From: Pseudomonadota bacterium
GTDB lineage: Bacteria; Pseudomonadota; Alphaproteobacteria; Rhizobiales; Xanthobacteraceae
DNA: 45,683 bases
Assembly (NCBI GenBank): GCA_023417665.1
Contig: JAEZFA010000249.1
Span: forward strand, 1 to 45,683
Reading direction: 5' to 3'
In this document: piece by piece, positions 34,213-42,477 of the stretch
Layout of the letters: every line of letters begins with the position of its first letter
Position numbering within the stretch: the first letter of the stretch is position 1
Notes under the pieces: generated by a model
The model's database searches: none
What the model was told of the DNA's origin: nothing
Seen by the model: the letters and a program-made list of their open reading frames with translations, nothing else
Translations under genes and position numbers: made by a program

Positions 34213-34945
34213 GGCACTATCACTCGTGGCGGCGTTCATCGTCTGGGGTCTGTTGTCCCTGACGCTGCCTCCCGAAATCTTTCCGGGGCCGATCGAGACT
34301 ATTCAGGCGCTCTGGACGTCGATTGCGAATGGAGAAATCTGGCTCGATCTCTGGATGACCATGGTGCGGGTCGTGGGCGGCCTGCTGCTCGCGATGCTGA
34401 TCGGCGTTCCGATCGGCGTGATCATGGGTCTGAACCGCCGCGCGGAGAACGTGCTCGACGTTTGGGTCATGATTGCCCTGACCGTTCCCAGTCTCTGCTA
34501 CGCCATTCTTGCCTTCATGTGGTTCGGGTTGAACGAATGGGCCGCGATCATTGCCATTGCAGTGACCGCAGCGCCTTCGATCACGATCAATATCTGGGAA
34601 GGCGTGAAGAACGTCGATACGAAGCTTGTCGCGATGGCGCGCGTGTTCGAGGCGTCGCGTCCGGCAATCGTTCGTCAGGTGCTGCTGCCGCAGATTTTCC
34701 CTTATGTGATGGCGTCCGCCCGCTTCGGCCTCGGCATCATCTGGAAGATCACGGTTCTTGTTGAACTGATCGGGCGGCCGAATGGCGTCGGGTTCAAGCT
34801 GTTCTACTGGTATCAGCTCGCCGACATGCGTCAGGTTCTGGCCTGGACGCTGCTTTTCACGATCATCATGCTGCTGATAGAGCTTGCAATTCTGAAGCCG
34901 ATCGAGCGGCGCGTTTTCGCGTGGCGTCCCGAGGTGGCGGTATGA
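34205..34945 (+). CDS. ABC permease (NitT/TauT: nitrate/sulfonate/bicarbonate-type)
   Basis: 246 aa. 'FPGPIETIQALW…' N-terminus and six hydrophobic segments. Overlaps the amidohydrolase stop by 8 nt. Confidence 0.85.
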   Translation: MLKALSLVAAFIVWGLLSLTLPPEIFPGPIETIQALWTSIANGEIWLDLWMTMVRVVGGLLLAMLIGVPIGVIMGLNRRAENVLDVWVMIALTVPSLCYAILAFMWFGLNEWAAIIAIAVTAAPSITINIWEGVKNVDTKLVAMARVFEASRPAIVRQVLLPQIFPYVMASARFGLGIIWKITVLVELIGRPNGVGFKLFYWYQLADMRQVLAWTLLFTIIMLLIELAILKPIERRVFAWRPEVAV

Positions 34946-35754
34946 GCGTTGCTGTTGAAGTTGCGTCGCTCCGCAAGACCTTCGTGGCCCGCGATGGCGG
35001 CTCGCTCGATGTCCTGAAGAACCTCGACCTGCGGGTAGAGTCGGGCGAGTTTCTCTGCATCCTCGGTCCGTCGGGTTGCGGAAAGTCGACCCTTCTCAAC
35101 ATCCTCGCCGGACTCGACAAGGGATACGAAGGCCGCGCGGACGTCACCGGCGGCCGTGTCAGCTATCTGTTTCAGGAGCCGCGGCTGCTTCCCTGGCTGA
35201 CTGCAGAGCAGAACATCGACTTTGCGCTGTCGAATTGCCGCGTTCCGGCGTCGCGCTGGGACGAACTGAAATCGCGCTATCTGTCGATGACTGGCCTGTC
35301 CAAGTTTCGCGACTACTATCCGCATCAGATTTCGGGAGGCATGGCGCAGCGCCTCGCGCTGGTGCGCGCGCTTTGCGTGGAGCCCGGCGTTCTGCTGATG
35401 GACGAACCGTTCTCGGGACTTGATGAGATCACGGCGCGCCGTATCCGCTCGGATCTGCTCTCGATCTGGGAAGAGACGAGAAAGACGATCATCTTCGTCA
35501 CGCATAACGCCTATGAGGCGTGCTTTCTCGCGGATCGCATCCTCGTCATGTCGAGCGGCGCATTCAAGAGCGAAAGGCGCGTGCCGATCGCCAGACCGCG
35601 CAGCTACGACGATCCGGAAGTGTTCAAGCTCAGCCGCGAGGTGATCAGAACCTTCGGCGACGAGATCGAGCCCGGCAATGAGAAGCCGGCGGCACCTGCT
35701 GCGCCCGATTCAACTCCGCTCGAGACCGAAGACCGGCTCTCGACTGTCCGCTAA
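34942..35754 (+). CDS. ABC ATP-binding protein (NitT/TauT family)
   Basis: 'GPSGCGKST', 'ISGGMAQRLALVRAL', 'LLMDEPFSGLD'. ATGA overlap with the permease. Confidence 0.85.
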   Translation: MSVAVEVASLRKTFVARDGGSLDVLKNLDLRVESGEFLCILGPSGCGKSTLLNILAGLDKGYEGRADVTGGRVSYLFQEPRLLPWLTAEQNIDFALSNCRVPASRWDELKSRYLSMTGLSKFRDYYPHQISGGMAQRLALVRALCVEPGVLLMDEPFSGLDEITARRIRSDLLSIWEETRKTIIFVTHNAYEACFLADRILVMSSGAFKSERRVPIARPRSYDDPEVFKLSREVIRTFGDEIEPGNEKPAAPAAPDSTPLETEDRLSTVR

Positions 35755-35772
35755 CCAACGAGGGGAATAGAA

Positions 35773-36744
35773 ATGTTGCTTCGTCTTGCACTATCCGCTG
35801 CCGTCGCGCTGGCGACCTGCAGTGCCGCGCTCGCGCAAACCAAAGTGCGCGTCGGCGATCTTGCCCAGTCTCTGAACGAGATCGGGTCGCGCGTGATTAT
35901 CGACCAGGGGCTCGACAAGAAGCATGGAATCGCCGTCGAGTACCGGGCCTATCCGACGCTGGATGGGTTGTTCACGGCGATTCGCGGCAAGGACGTCGAT
36001 GTCGGCTTCGGCGGCTGGACGGCTATCGCGCAGTTCCGCAGCAAAGGCACTCCCGTCACGATGATCTTTCCGGTCGGAACCGGCGTGACGGTCGACGTCA
36101 TCGTGCCGGTAAACTCGCCGATCAAAACGATCGCCGATCTTAAAGGCCAGAAGGTCGGTTCGTTTGCCGGTGCCGCGGGAACCGCGACCGTGCTGTTCCG
36201 GGTGATCGCATCGAAGTTCCACGGCTTCGACCCGGCAAAGAGCGGCGACCTGCAATTCGCGGGTCCGGGCCTCCTGCCGGCGCTGCTCGACAAGGGCGAA
36301 ATCGCTGCCGCGGTCATGTTCGATCCGCTGGCGGCAAAGCTCGTCGCTTCGGGAAAGTATCGCTCGATCGGCAATCTTGCGGACGCCTATAAGAAGGGAA
36401 CCGGGGACGATTTTCTCTGGATCGGTTACTCGACCAACGACGACTTCATGAAAGCACACCCGGATGCGCTGACCAAGTTCACGCGCGCATGGCTTGAAGC
36501 GATCGAATACGTCAAGGCCAATCCCTCGGTGTTCGATGCTTACGGCAAGAAGTACGGTCTTGATGCCGCCGCCATTGCGCTTCTGCGCCAGCGCGTGATC
36601 GCGGACTACACCACGACATGGAACGACGCCACGCTGGAATCGATCCGCCGCTTCGCCAAGCTCGCGAATAGCGTCATGGGTGACGGCTATCTCGATACGG
36701 TGCCGCCGGCGGCGTTCACCACCCGCTTCGACCCGAGAAAGTAA
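35773..36744 (+). CDS. ABC substrate-binding protein (NMT1/SsuA-like)
   Basis: 323 aa. Signal peptide MLLRLALSAAVALATCSAALAQT. SsuA/TauA-like body. Confidence 0.75.
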   Translation: MLLRLALSAAVALATCSAALAQTKVRVGDLAQSLNEIGSRVIIDQGLDKKHGIAVEYRAYPTLDGLFTAIRGKDVDVGFGGWTAIAQFRSKGTPVTMIFPVGTGVTVDVIVPVNSPIKTIADLKGQKVGSFAGAAGTATVLFRVIASKFHGFDPAKSGDLQFAGPGLLPALLDKGEIAAAVMFDPLAAKLVASGKYRSIGNLADAYKKGTGDDFLWIGYSTNDDFMKAHPDALTKFTRAWLEAIEYVKANPSVFDAYGKKYGLDAAAIALLRQRVIADYTTTWNDATLESIRRFAKLANSVMGDGYLDTVPPAAFTTRFDPRK

Positions 36745-36832
36745 GCGCAGCGGATTCCGTAAGACTGGGGGCAGTCTGATCCGACGCTCGCCCCGATCTA
36801 CCGGGCGTCAAAGTTTTTGCCGTGAGTTGCCG

Positions 36833-37531
36833 ATGGCTACTTTTGTTGTCGCGCATGGCGCGTGGTCTGCGGGCTGGGTGTGGAAGAAGATGCACTCCCG
36901 CCTGCGCGAGAAAGGGCATGCGCTCGTGGTGCCGAGCTATACGGGCTCCGGCGAACGCGCGCATCTCGCTTCACCTGCGATCGGGCTTGATAGCCATGTG
37001 CAGGACATTCTGATGGTCCTAGAGTTCGAAGACCTCAGCGACTTCATTCTCGTTGGTCATTCCTACGGCGGCATGGTCGCAACGGGTGTCGCGGATCGCG
37101 CCGCCGAGCGGATTTCCAGGCTCGTCTATCTCGATGCCTTCGCGCCGATGCATGGACAAAGGGTATTCGATTTCTATCCGGAAGGAGAGGAGGCGCGGAA
37201 ACGCGCCACTGCCATTGATGGCTGGCAGATGCCGCCGAGTCCTTTGCCGCCCGACACCGCGCCGGCTGATGTCGCGTGGATGACGCCCCGCCGGGTGCCG
37301 CATCCGCTCGCGTCGTTTGCGGAGCCGCTACATCTGAAGAACGAAGAGCCGAAGATGCCGCGAAGCTACATCTATGCGCAGCGGCACATTCCCGGCGATC
37401 CGTTCCGGCAGTTTTATGAGCGTGCCAGGAAAGAGGCATGGCAGACCTTTGAAATGGATGCGAGCCATTCTCCGCATGTCACGGCGCCGGATGCCCTGGC
37501 GGAGATACTGGACGCGATTGCGCGCAGTTGA
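36833..37531 (+). CDS. Alpha/beta hydrolase, SABP2/methylesterase (MES/PytH/MheI)-like
   Basis: 232 aa from ATG 36833. 'FVVAHGAWSAGWVWKKM' (compare SABP2 'HGxxHGxWxWxK'), nucleophile elbow 'VGHSYGG', C-terminal 'DASHSPHV'. Confidence 0.75.
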   Translation: MATFVVAHGAWSAGWVWKKMHSRLREKGHALVVPSYTGSGERAHLASPAIGLDSHVQDILMVLEFEDLSDFILVGHSYGGMVATGVADRAAERISRLVYLDAFAPMHGQRVFDFYPEGEEARKRATAIDGWQMPPSPLPPDTAPADVAWMTPRRVPHPLASFAEPLHLKNEEPKMPRSYIYAQRHIPGDPFRQFYERARKEAWQTFEMDASHSPHVTAPDALAEILDAIARS

Positions 37532-37576
37532 GGTGTCTTGATCCTCGCGCGGCGGGTTCGTTCGGAAGAGCGGCGA

Positions 37577-38500
37577 TCAGCTATTCCTGCCGGCCTTGCC
37601 CTTGAGGATTTTCGCGCTGGTCTGCGCCATCCATTTGATGCCGGTGTCGTTCGAGAAGCGCGAATGACTGTGCACCTTGATTTCCATCTGCGGTAGCTCG
37701 AACGGAAGGTCGAGCATTCGAAACTCCTTCTTTGCGTTCAGCTGCAATGCAAGATGCCTCGGAAACAACGCCACGAGATCCGAGTTCCTTACGATATCCG
37801 GGGCGGCGGTGAAGTGTCCTCTGACGGCGATCTGCAGCTTGGCGGTTTCGTTCGCAAGCGACTGTTCCACGAGTTGATGAACCGAAGACGTGGTTCGCGC
37901 GAAGAAAAAGCGCAGTTGCGAGAAATACTCCTTGGTGAGCGTTGATTTCGCAATCGGGTGATTGGCCCGCGCGAGACAGACATATCGATCCTTCATGATC
38001 TCGATGCTGGTAAGCTCCTTGTCGGAAATGTTTATGGCGCCGATTGCGAGGTCGATTTCCCCCGAGCGCATGGAGCTTGCGAGGCTCTCGGGAATGAGCG
38101 GCGCGATATGAATCCGCACGAAGGGGGAAATGCGGGAAAGTTCACTCACCAGTTGCGGGAGAAGGTGAAACTCCGCGATGTCCGACATCGCTATTCTGAA
38201 TGTCCGTTCGGTAACGCTTGCGTCAAAGATGACGCCGCTCTGCAGCGTGCGGTTCAGGAGTTCGAAAGCGAGATCGAGCGGCTCATGCAGGCGAACTGCC
38301 GCGTCCGTTGGCAGCATCCGGTTTGCGACGCGCACGAATAGCGGGTCGCCGAAGCGCTCCCGCAATCGCCGCAGAGCATGACTGATGGCGGGTTGCGTCA
38401 GACCAAGACGATCGCCTGCGGCGGTGAGACTGCGAAGATCCCAGATCGCGAAGAAGACGCGCAGGAGATTCAGGTCGAGATCGTTATTACTCCTATTCAT
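37577..38500 (-). CDS. LysR-family transcriptional regulator
   Basis: 307 aa. 'LDLNLLRVFFAIWDLRSLTAAGDRLGLTQPAISHALRRLRERFGDPLF'. Visibly lower GC than its neighbours. Confidence 0.85.
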   Translation of the reverse strand: MNRSNNDLDLNLLRVFFAIWDLRSLTAAGDRLGLTQPAISHALRRLRERFGDPLFVRVANRMLPTDAAVRLHEPLDLAFELLNRTLQSGVIFDASVTERTFRIAMSDIAEFHLLPQLVSELSRISPFVRIHIAPLIPESLASSMRSGEIDLAIGAINISDKELTSIEIMKDRYVCLARANHPIAKSTLTKEYFSQLRFFFARTTSSVHQLVEQSLANETAKLQIAVRGHFTAAPDIVRNSDLVALFPRHLALQLNAKKEFRMLDLPFELPQMEIKVHSHSRFSNDTGIKWMAQTSAKILKGKAGRNS

Positions 38501-38563
38501 GCAATAAATAATAACTATGAATTTGACTTAGTGCAAGCCGACTTTCATCGTGTTGGTAAGGCC

Positions 38564-38623
38564 CGACACTCCGACGCGCACATGAACAAGTCCGGTTTGC
38601 CGTTCGTCCGTTGCGGAGTGTCG
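38564..38623 (+). other. Long-range 10-bp perfect stem in the 284-nt leader/divergent region
   Basis: CGACACTCCG (38564-38573) and CGGAGTGTCG (38614-38623) are exact reverse complements enclosing 40 nt. Confidence 0.4.
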
Positions 38624-38784
38624 TTGAAAGGCGAGCAACGCATTCTGGAATCCGTCGATGACGCAAACTGTTCGGCTCCATCGCCATTGCGATCCACGTT
38701 TCGCCTGCGGGTTCGTCGCTGCTTCAACGAGCAATACGCCGGGGCGACGCGGCGACGGTGAGCAATTGTGCAAGGAGATGTGGA

Positions 38785-39990
38785 ATGAATAAAGCTGTCG
38801 CAGTCGGAAACACGACTGCCTCCGAGTTTGATTACATGAGCGCGGTGCGTTCCATTCTTCCCCGCATCGCGGCCTCGACGAAAGAGAGCGACAAGCTGCG
38901 CCGCCTCAGCGATGACGCGGCCAATGCGCTGCGGGAGTCCGGGCTTGCGCGCACCATTACGCCGAAGCAGTTCGGCGGCTACGAGCTTTCCCCGAGTGTT
39001 CACATTCGCGCCTGCGCGGAAATCGGAAATGTCTGCTCGGCCGCGAGCTGGGTGTTGATGGTCTGTGTCGCGCATGACTACATCATCGGCCGCTTTCCCG
39101 AAGAATGTCAGCGCGAAGTCTATGAAGGCGACGCGGACAACCTGGTCGCGGGTTCGCTGGCGCCGGCCGGCGTGATGGAGCCGGTGGAAGGTGGCTGGCG
39201 TGTTACGGGCCGCTGGCAGTTCGGAAGCGGCTGCGATCATTCCCCATGGTTTATCGTCGGCACCCGATTGCCGAATGCAAAGCCGGACGAATACACGAAC
39301 TATCACATCATGGTTCCGCGTTCAGACGTGGTCATTGACGACACCTGGCATACGCTCGGAATGCGCGGTACGGGATCGAAAGATCTTGTAGTTACGAATG
39401 CCTTTGTGCCGCAGCATCGCGTGATGCCGACGCATCCGACCTTCCTTGGTCTCAGTCCGCACGCGAAAGCGCCGACCTACCGCCTGTCGGTCTATTCAGG
39501 CTTGCCGGCGATGCTTTCGGGTTCGGTGCTTGGCATGGCGGAGGGAGGTCTCAAGGCTTTCATCGATGCCACCGCAGTGCGTCTTACGCCGCATGGTGTC
39601 GCGAAAGCGAAGAATCCGCTGATGCAGAAGCGGGTGGCGGAATCCGCCGCGGAGATTGCCGCCGCGCGGCGCTTGCTCGAGGATATGTGCGATCGCTTCG
39701 ATGCGCTGATCGCCATCGACCAGGCGCCCATGTCGCCGGGTGACCGCATACAGATGCGCTGGGACTCCGCTTTCATCGTCGAGCTATGCCGCCGGGCAAT
39801 CGAGCGGCTTTACGCGGCGTCCGGTGCCGCCGGTCTCTATGAGGGCAATCCGGTTTATCGGGCCTATCGCGATATCATGACGGCCTGTCACCACGCGGTC
39901 ATCGACTTTGACACGGTCTCCGGGTTGATGGGCCAGTTCAAGCTGACCGGCGATCTCGGCGAGAATCCGCGCGGCGCGCCGTTCGCATAA
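38785..39990 (+). CDS. Acyl-CoA-dehydrogenase-fold flavin-dependent monooxygenase (HsaA/DszC/C2-HpaH-like oxygenase component)
   Basis: 401 aa. AAGGAG RBS 7 nt upstream of ATG 38785. ACAD N/M/C architecture ('WRVTGRWQFGSGCDHSPW', C-terminal 'YRAYRDIMTACHH'). Followed by a flavin reductase rather than ETF. Confidence 0.7.
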   Translation: MNKAVAVGNTTASEFDYMSAVRSILPRIAASTKESDKLRRLSDDAANALRESGLARTITPKQFGGYELSPSVHIRACAEIGNVCSAASWVLMVCVAHDYIIGRFPEECQREVYEGDADNLVAGSLAPAGVMEPVEGGWRVTGRWQFGSGCDHSPWFIVGTRLPNAKPDEYTNYHIMVPRSDVVIDDTWHTLGMRGTGSKDLVVTNAFVPQHRVMPTHPTFLGLSPHAKAPTYRLSVYSGLPAMLSGSVLGMAEGGLKAFIDATAVRLTPHGVAKAKNPLMQKRVAESAAEIAAARRLLEDMCDRFDALIAIDQAPMSPGDRIQMRWDSAFIVELCRRAIERLYAASGAAGLYEGNPVYRAYRDIMTACHHAVIDFDTVSGLMGQFKLTGDLGENPRGAPFA

Positions 39991-40041
39991 GGCGCGAAAG
40001 GCGAGGAATTCCAGAAGCCAACCGCAACGGAGTGGCGGGAC

Positions 40042-40545
40042 GTGAGCACCGACAAGTCAATTTCGGCGGATCTGTTCAAGCAAAGCATGCGCTTCCTCGC
40101 CGGAGGCGTATGCATTCTCGCAACGAACAGCGACGGCGAGCGGTATGGAATTACAATGACTGCCGTTTGCTCGCTGACGATCGATCCGCCGTCGCTGGTT
40201 GCCTGCGTGAACCGCAATACCGGCACGCATGTAACCATGTGCCGGACGAAACGGGTCAGCATCAACGTATTGTCGGATGACCAGACGGACATGGCCGAAC
40301 TCTTCGCGTCCAGCGCGGTAAGAGGGCCGCAGCGCTTCGATAACGAAAAGTGGACCGAAATGCCGAGCGGCGTGCCTGCGCTTCTCGGCGCGCTCGCGGT
40401 GCTTGATTGCGAGGTCGTTCAGCAAACCTCGGTAGGACAGCATTCGGTTTTCTTCTGTGAAGTGAAGAACGCCGTGCTTCAGCCGGAGCGGGGCGCGCTC
40501 GTGCACTTCAATCAGAAATTCTTCGCCGTTCAGCCGTCTTGCTGA
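40042..40545 (+). CDS. Flavin reductase (third copy)
   Basis: 167 aa with a GTG start. 'FKQSMRFLAGGVCILAT…ITMTAVCSLTIDPPSLVACV'. Confidence 0.8.
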   Translation: MSTDKSISADLFKQSMRFLAGGVCILATNSDGERYGITMTAVCSLTIDPPSLVACVNRNTGTHVTMCRTKRVSINVLSDDQTDMAELFASSAVRGPQRFDNEKWTEMPSGVPALLGALAVLDCEVVQQTSVGQHSVFFCEVKNAVLQPERGALVHFNQKFFAVQPSC

Positions 40546-40572
40546 TCGTCAAGTCTGCCGTCCGCAGTGACC

Positions 40573-41789
40573 ATGCATACGAAACGTAACGGCGATAGCT
40601 CGGGCCCGCTTGCCGGATTGAAGGTCGTCGATCTGACGTCCGTGGTCATGGGGCCGGTCACCACACAGATTCTGGCCGATTACGGTGCCGATGTCGTGAA
40701 GGTCGAGCCGCTCGAAGGCGACGTGATGCGTCTCGCATCGCCCATGCGCAGCCCGGCGATGGGCGCGATGTTTCTCCACGCGAACCGAAACAAGCGCAGT
40801 CTCGCCCTTGATGTGAAGAAGCCCAAAGGAAAGCAGGCGCTTCTGAAGCTTTGCGCCAACGCCGATGTCTTCATTCACAATATAAGAAGCCCGGCCATGC
40901 GGCGGCTCGGCCTCGGCTTCGACGACGTTCGCGCGGTAAAGAACGACATTATTTACGTCAGCTTGACCGGCTATGCCGAAGCGGGTCCTTACGGCAGCCG
41001 CCCTGCCTATGACGATATCATTCAAGGCGCGGTCGCGATCCCGTCGGTTTGCGCGTCGGTCACCGGATCGGAGCCTGCTTACGTTCCGCTTACGATGGTG
41101 GACAGGATTTGCGGCATCAGCGCCGCGCATGCGGTGCTTGCCGCCGTCATTCATCGGGATCGAACCGGCGCGGGGCAGTCCGTCGAAGTGCCGATGTTCG
41201 AAACCATGGCGCAGTTTGTTCTTGGCGATCATATGGGCGGCGAAACATTCGAGCCAACTCATGGCCCGACCGGCTATTCGCGCCTGCTTGCGCGGGACCG
41301 CCGGCCTTATGCGACGAAGACGGCTATATCTGCGTCATGGTCTATTCGGACAAGCAGTGGCGTTCGTTCTTCTCTTCGATCGGGAATGGTCCGTGGCAAG
41401 AGCGGGCCGATCGCTTCGCCACCCATGCGGTTCGTGCGAAGCACTATGAGGACGTCTATCGCCTGTTGCGCGAAATATTCCCGCTGCGCACGACCGCCGA
41501 ATGGGAAGAAGTGCTGAACGCGTCCGATATCCCGCACTCTCCGCTGCGCAGTCTGGATAGCCTGATTGACGACGAGCATCTTGCCGCCGTCGGGTTCTTT
41601 CGGGAAATGGACCATCCCAGCGAAGGGAAAATCCGGCTCACGGGTATTCCGACGCGATGGAGCGAATCCCAGCCCGGGGTTCGCATGCATCCGCCGCGGG
41701 TCGGGGAGCAAAGCGCGGAGATTCTGAGCGAGCTTGGATTTGACGCCGGGGAAATCGACGAGCTGCGTGCTGAAAAGGTTACGCTTTAG
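40573..41789 (+). pseudogene. Family III CoA-transferase (CaiB/BaiF/Frc-like) interrupted by a 1-nt deletion
   Basis: The N-terminal part lies in the 40567 frame ('LAGLKVVDLTSVVMGPVTTQILADYGADVVKVEP…RDRRPYATK'). The C-terminal part lies in the 41049 frame from 41319 ('DGYICVMVYSDKQWRSFF…RTTAEW…'). The join is at ACG AA|GAC, 41314-41321. Confidence 0.8.
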
Positions 41790-41959
41790 CGCTGCCCATT
41801 GAAGATCGATCGAAGAATTCTTCAGCTTTAATCTTCTGCAGCCGACGGGTAGATCCCGTCGCGCGTGGTTGCGTGCTCACGGCAGATCAAATTGATCAGT
41901 AATTGCTTTTCGCGTTATCACGATGAAATCGCGTGCGCGCTTATTAGAGGAATTCCAGC

Positions 41960-42430
41960 ATGTTTCTGCGAATGCTTTGGTTGTCGGGCGTTCTGTTTCT
42001 GACGACGTTGGGCTCCGCGATTTCCGCAGAGACGGGGAATATCCTTGCGTTCGAACGCGACAGGCTGAAAGCAGCCTGTCAGCAGATCGATTTCATGCCC
42101 GGCTTCATCGAGATGACCGACCTCAACGGCGACGGGATTGAGGACGCCATTATCGACTACGGTCATCTGCAGTGCGACGGGAGCAATATCGCCTTCTGCG
42201 GCTCCGGGGGATGCACGCTGCGCTTTTATGCCGGCCTTGGCGGTGAGCGCTTTGCGGAGGCAGGCGAGTTTCTGTCCTTCGGTATCCGTACCAGGGGACG
42301 CGGAAAAAATCTGCGGATTGCTATTCGCGTAGGGGGTGGCGCCTGTGGCAAGGCCAACGCCGCATCCTGCACGCTGGATGCGGCACTGGTCCGCAACAAG
42401 ATCGTGGTTCGCGGGCGTTCCGGACGCTAG
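41960..42430 (+). CDS. Exported Cys-rich hypothetical protein
   Basis: 156 aa. Signal peptide with an AISA/ET cleavage site. Six Cys residues. 'DLNGDGIEDAIID' is a Ca-binding / FG-GAP-like loop. No family recognised. Confidence 0.55.
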   Translation: MFLRMLWLSGVLFLTTLGSAISAETGNILAFERDRLKAACQQIDFMPGFIEMTDLNGDGIEDAIIDYGHLQCDGSNIAFCGSGGCTLRFYAGLGGERFAEAGEFLSFGIRTRGRGKNLRIAIRVGGGACGKANAASCTLDAALVRNKIVVRGRSGR

Positions 42431-42477
42431 GCCGAACGCAATCGTCGAGGCCGAGACTATCGATCACGCTAAAATAA

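Noticed and set aside
32626-34239. 537-aa minus-strand ORF spanning the amidohydrolase locus.
   Set aside because: It is antisense to a gene with clear HxH/HxxE amidohydrolase motifs and has an Arg-rich junk translation. It would also swallow the promoter and palindrome region.
38378-38761. 127-aa plus-strand ORF crossing the LysR start and the leader.
   Set aside because: It starts inside the LysR gene on the opposite strand and its codon usage is not coding-like by eye. It has no family match.
41311-41325. Programmed ribosomal frameshift in the CoA-transferase.
   Set aside because: There is no slippery heptamer (the sequence is ACGAAGACGG) and no obvious downstream stimulatory structure. 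The needed shift is +1/-2 in an ordinary codon context. A mutation or a sequencing error is far more likely.
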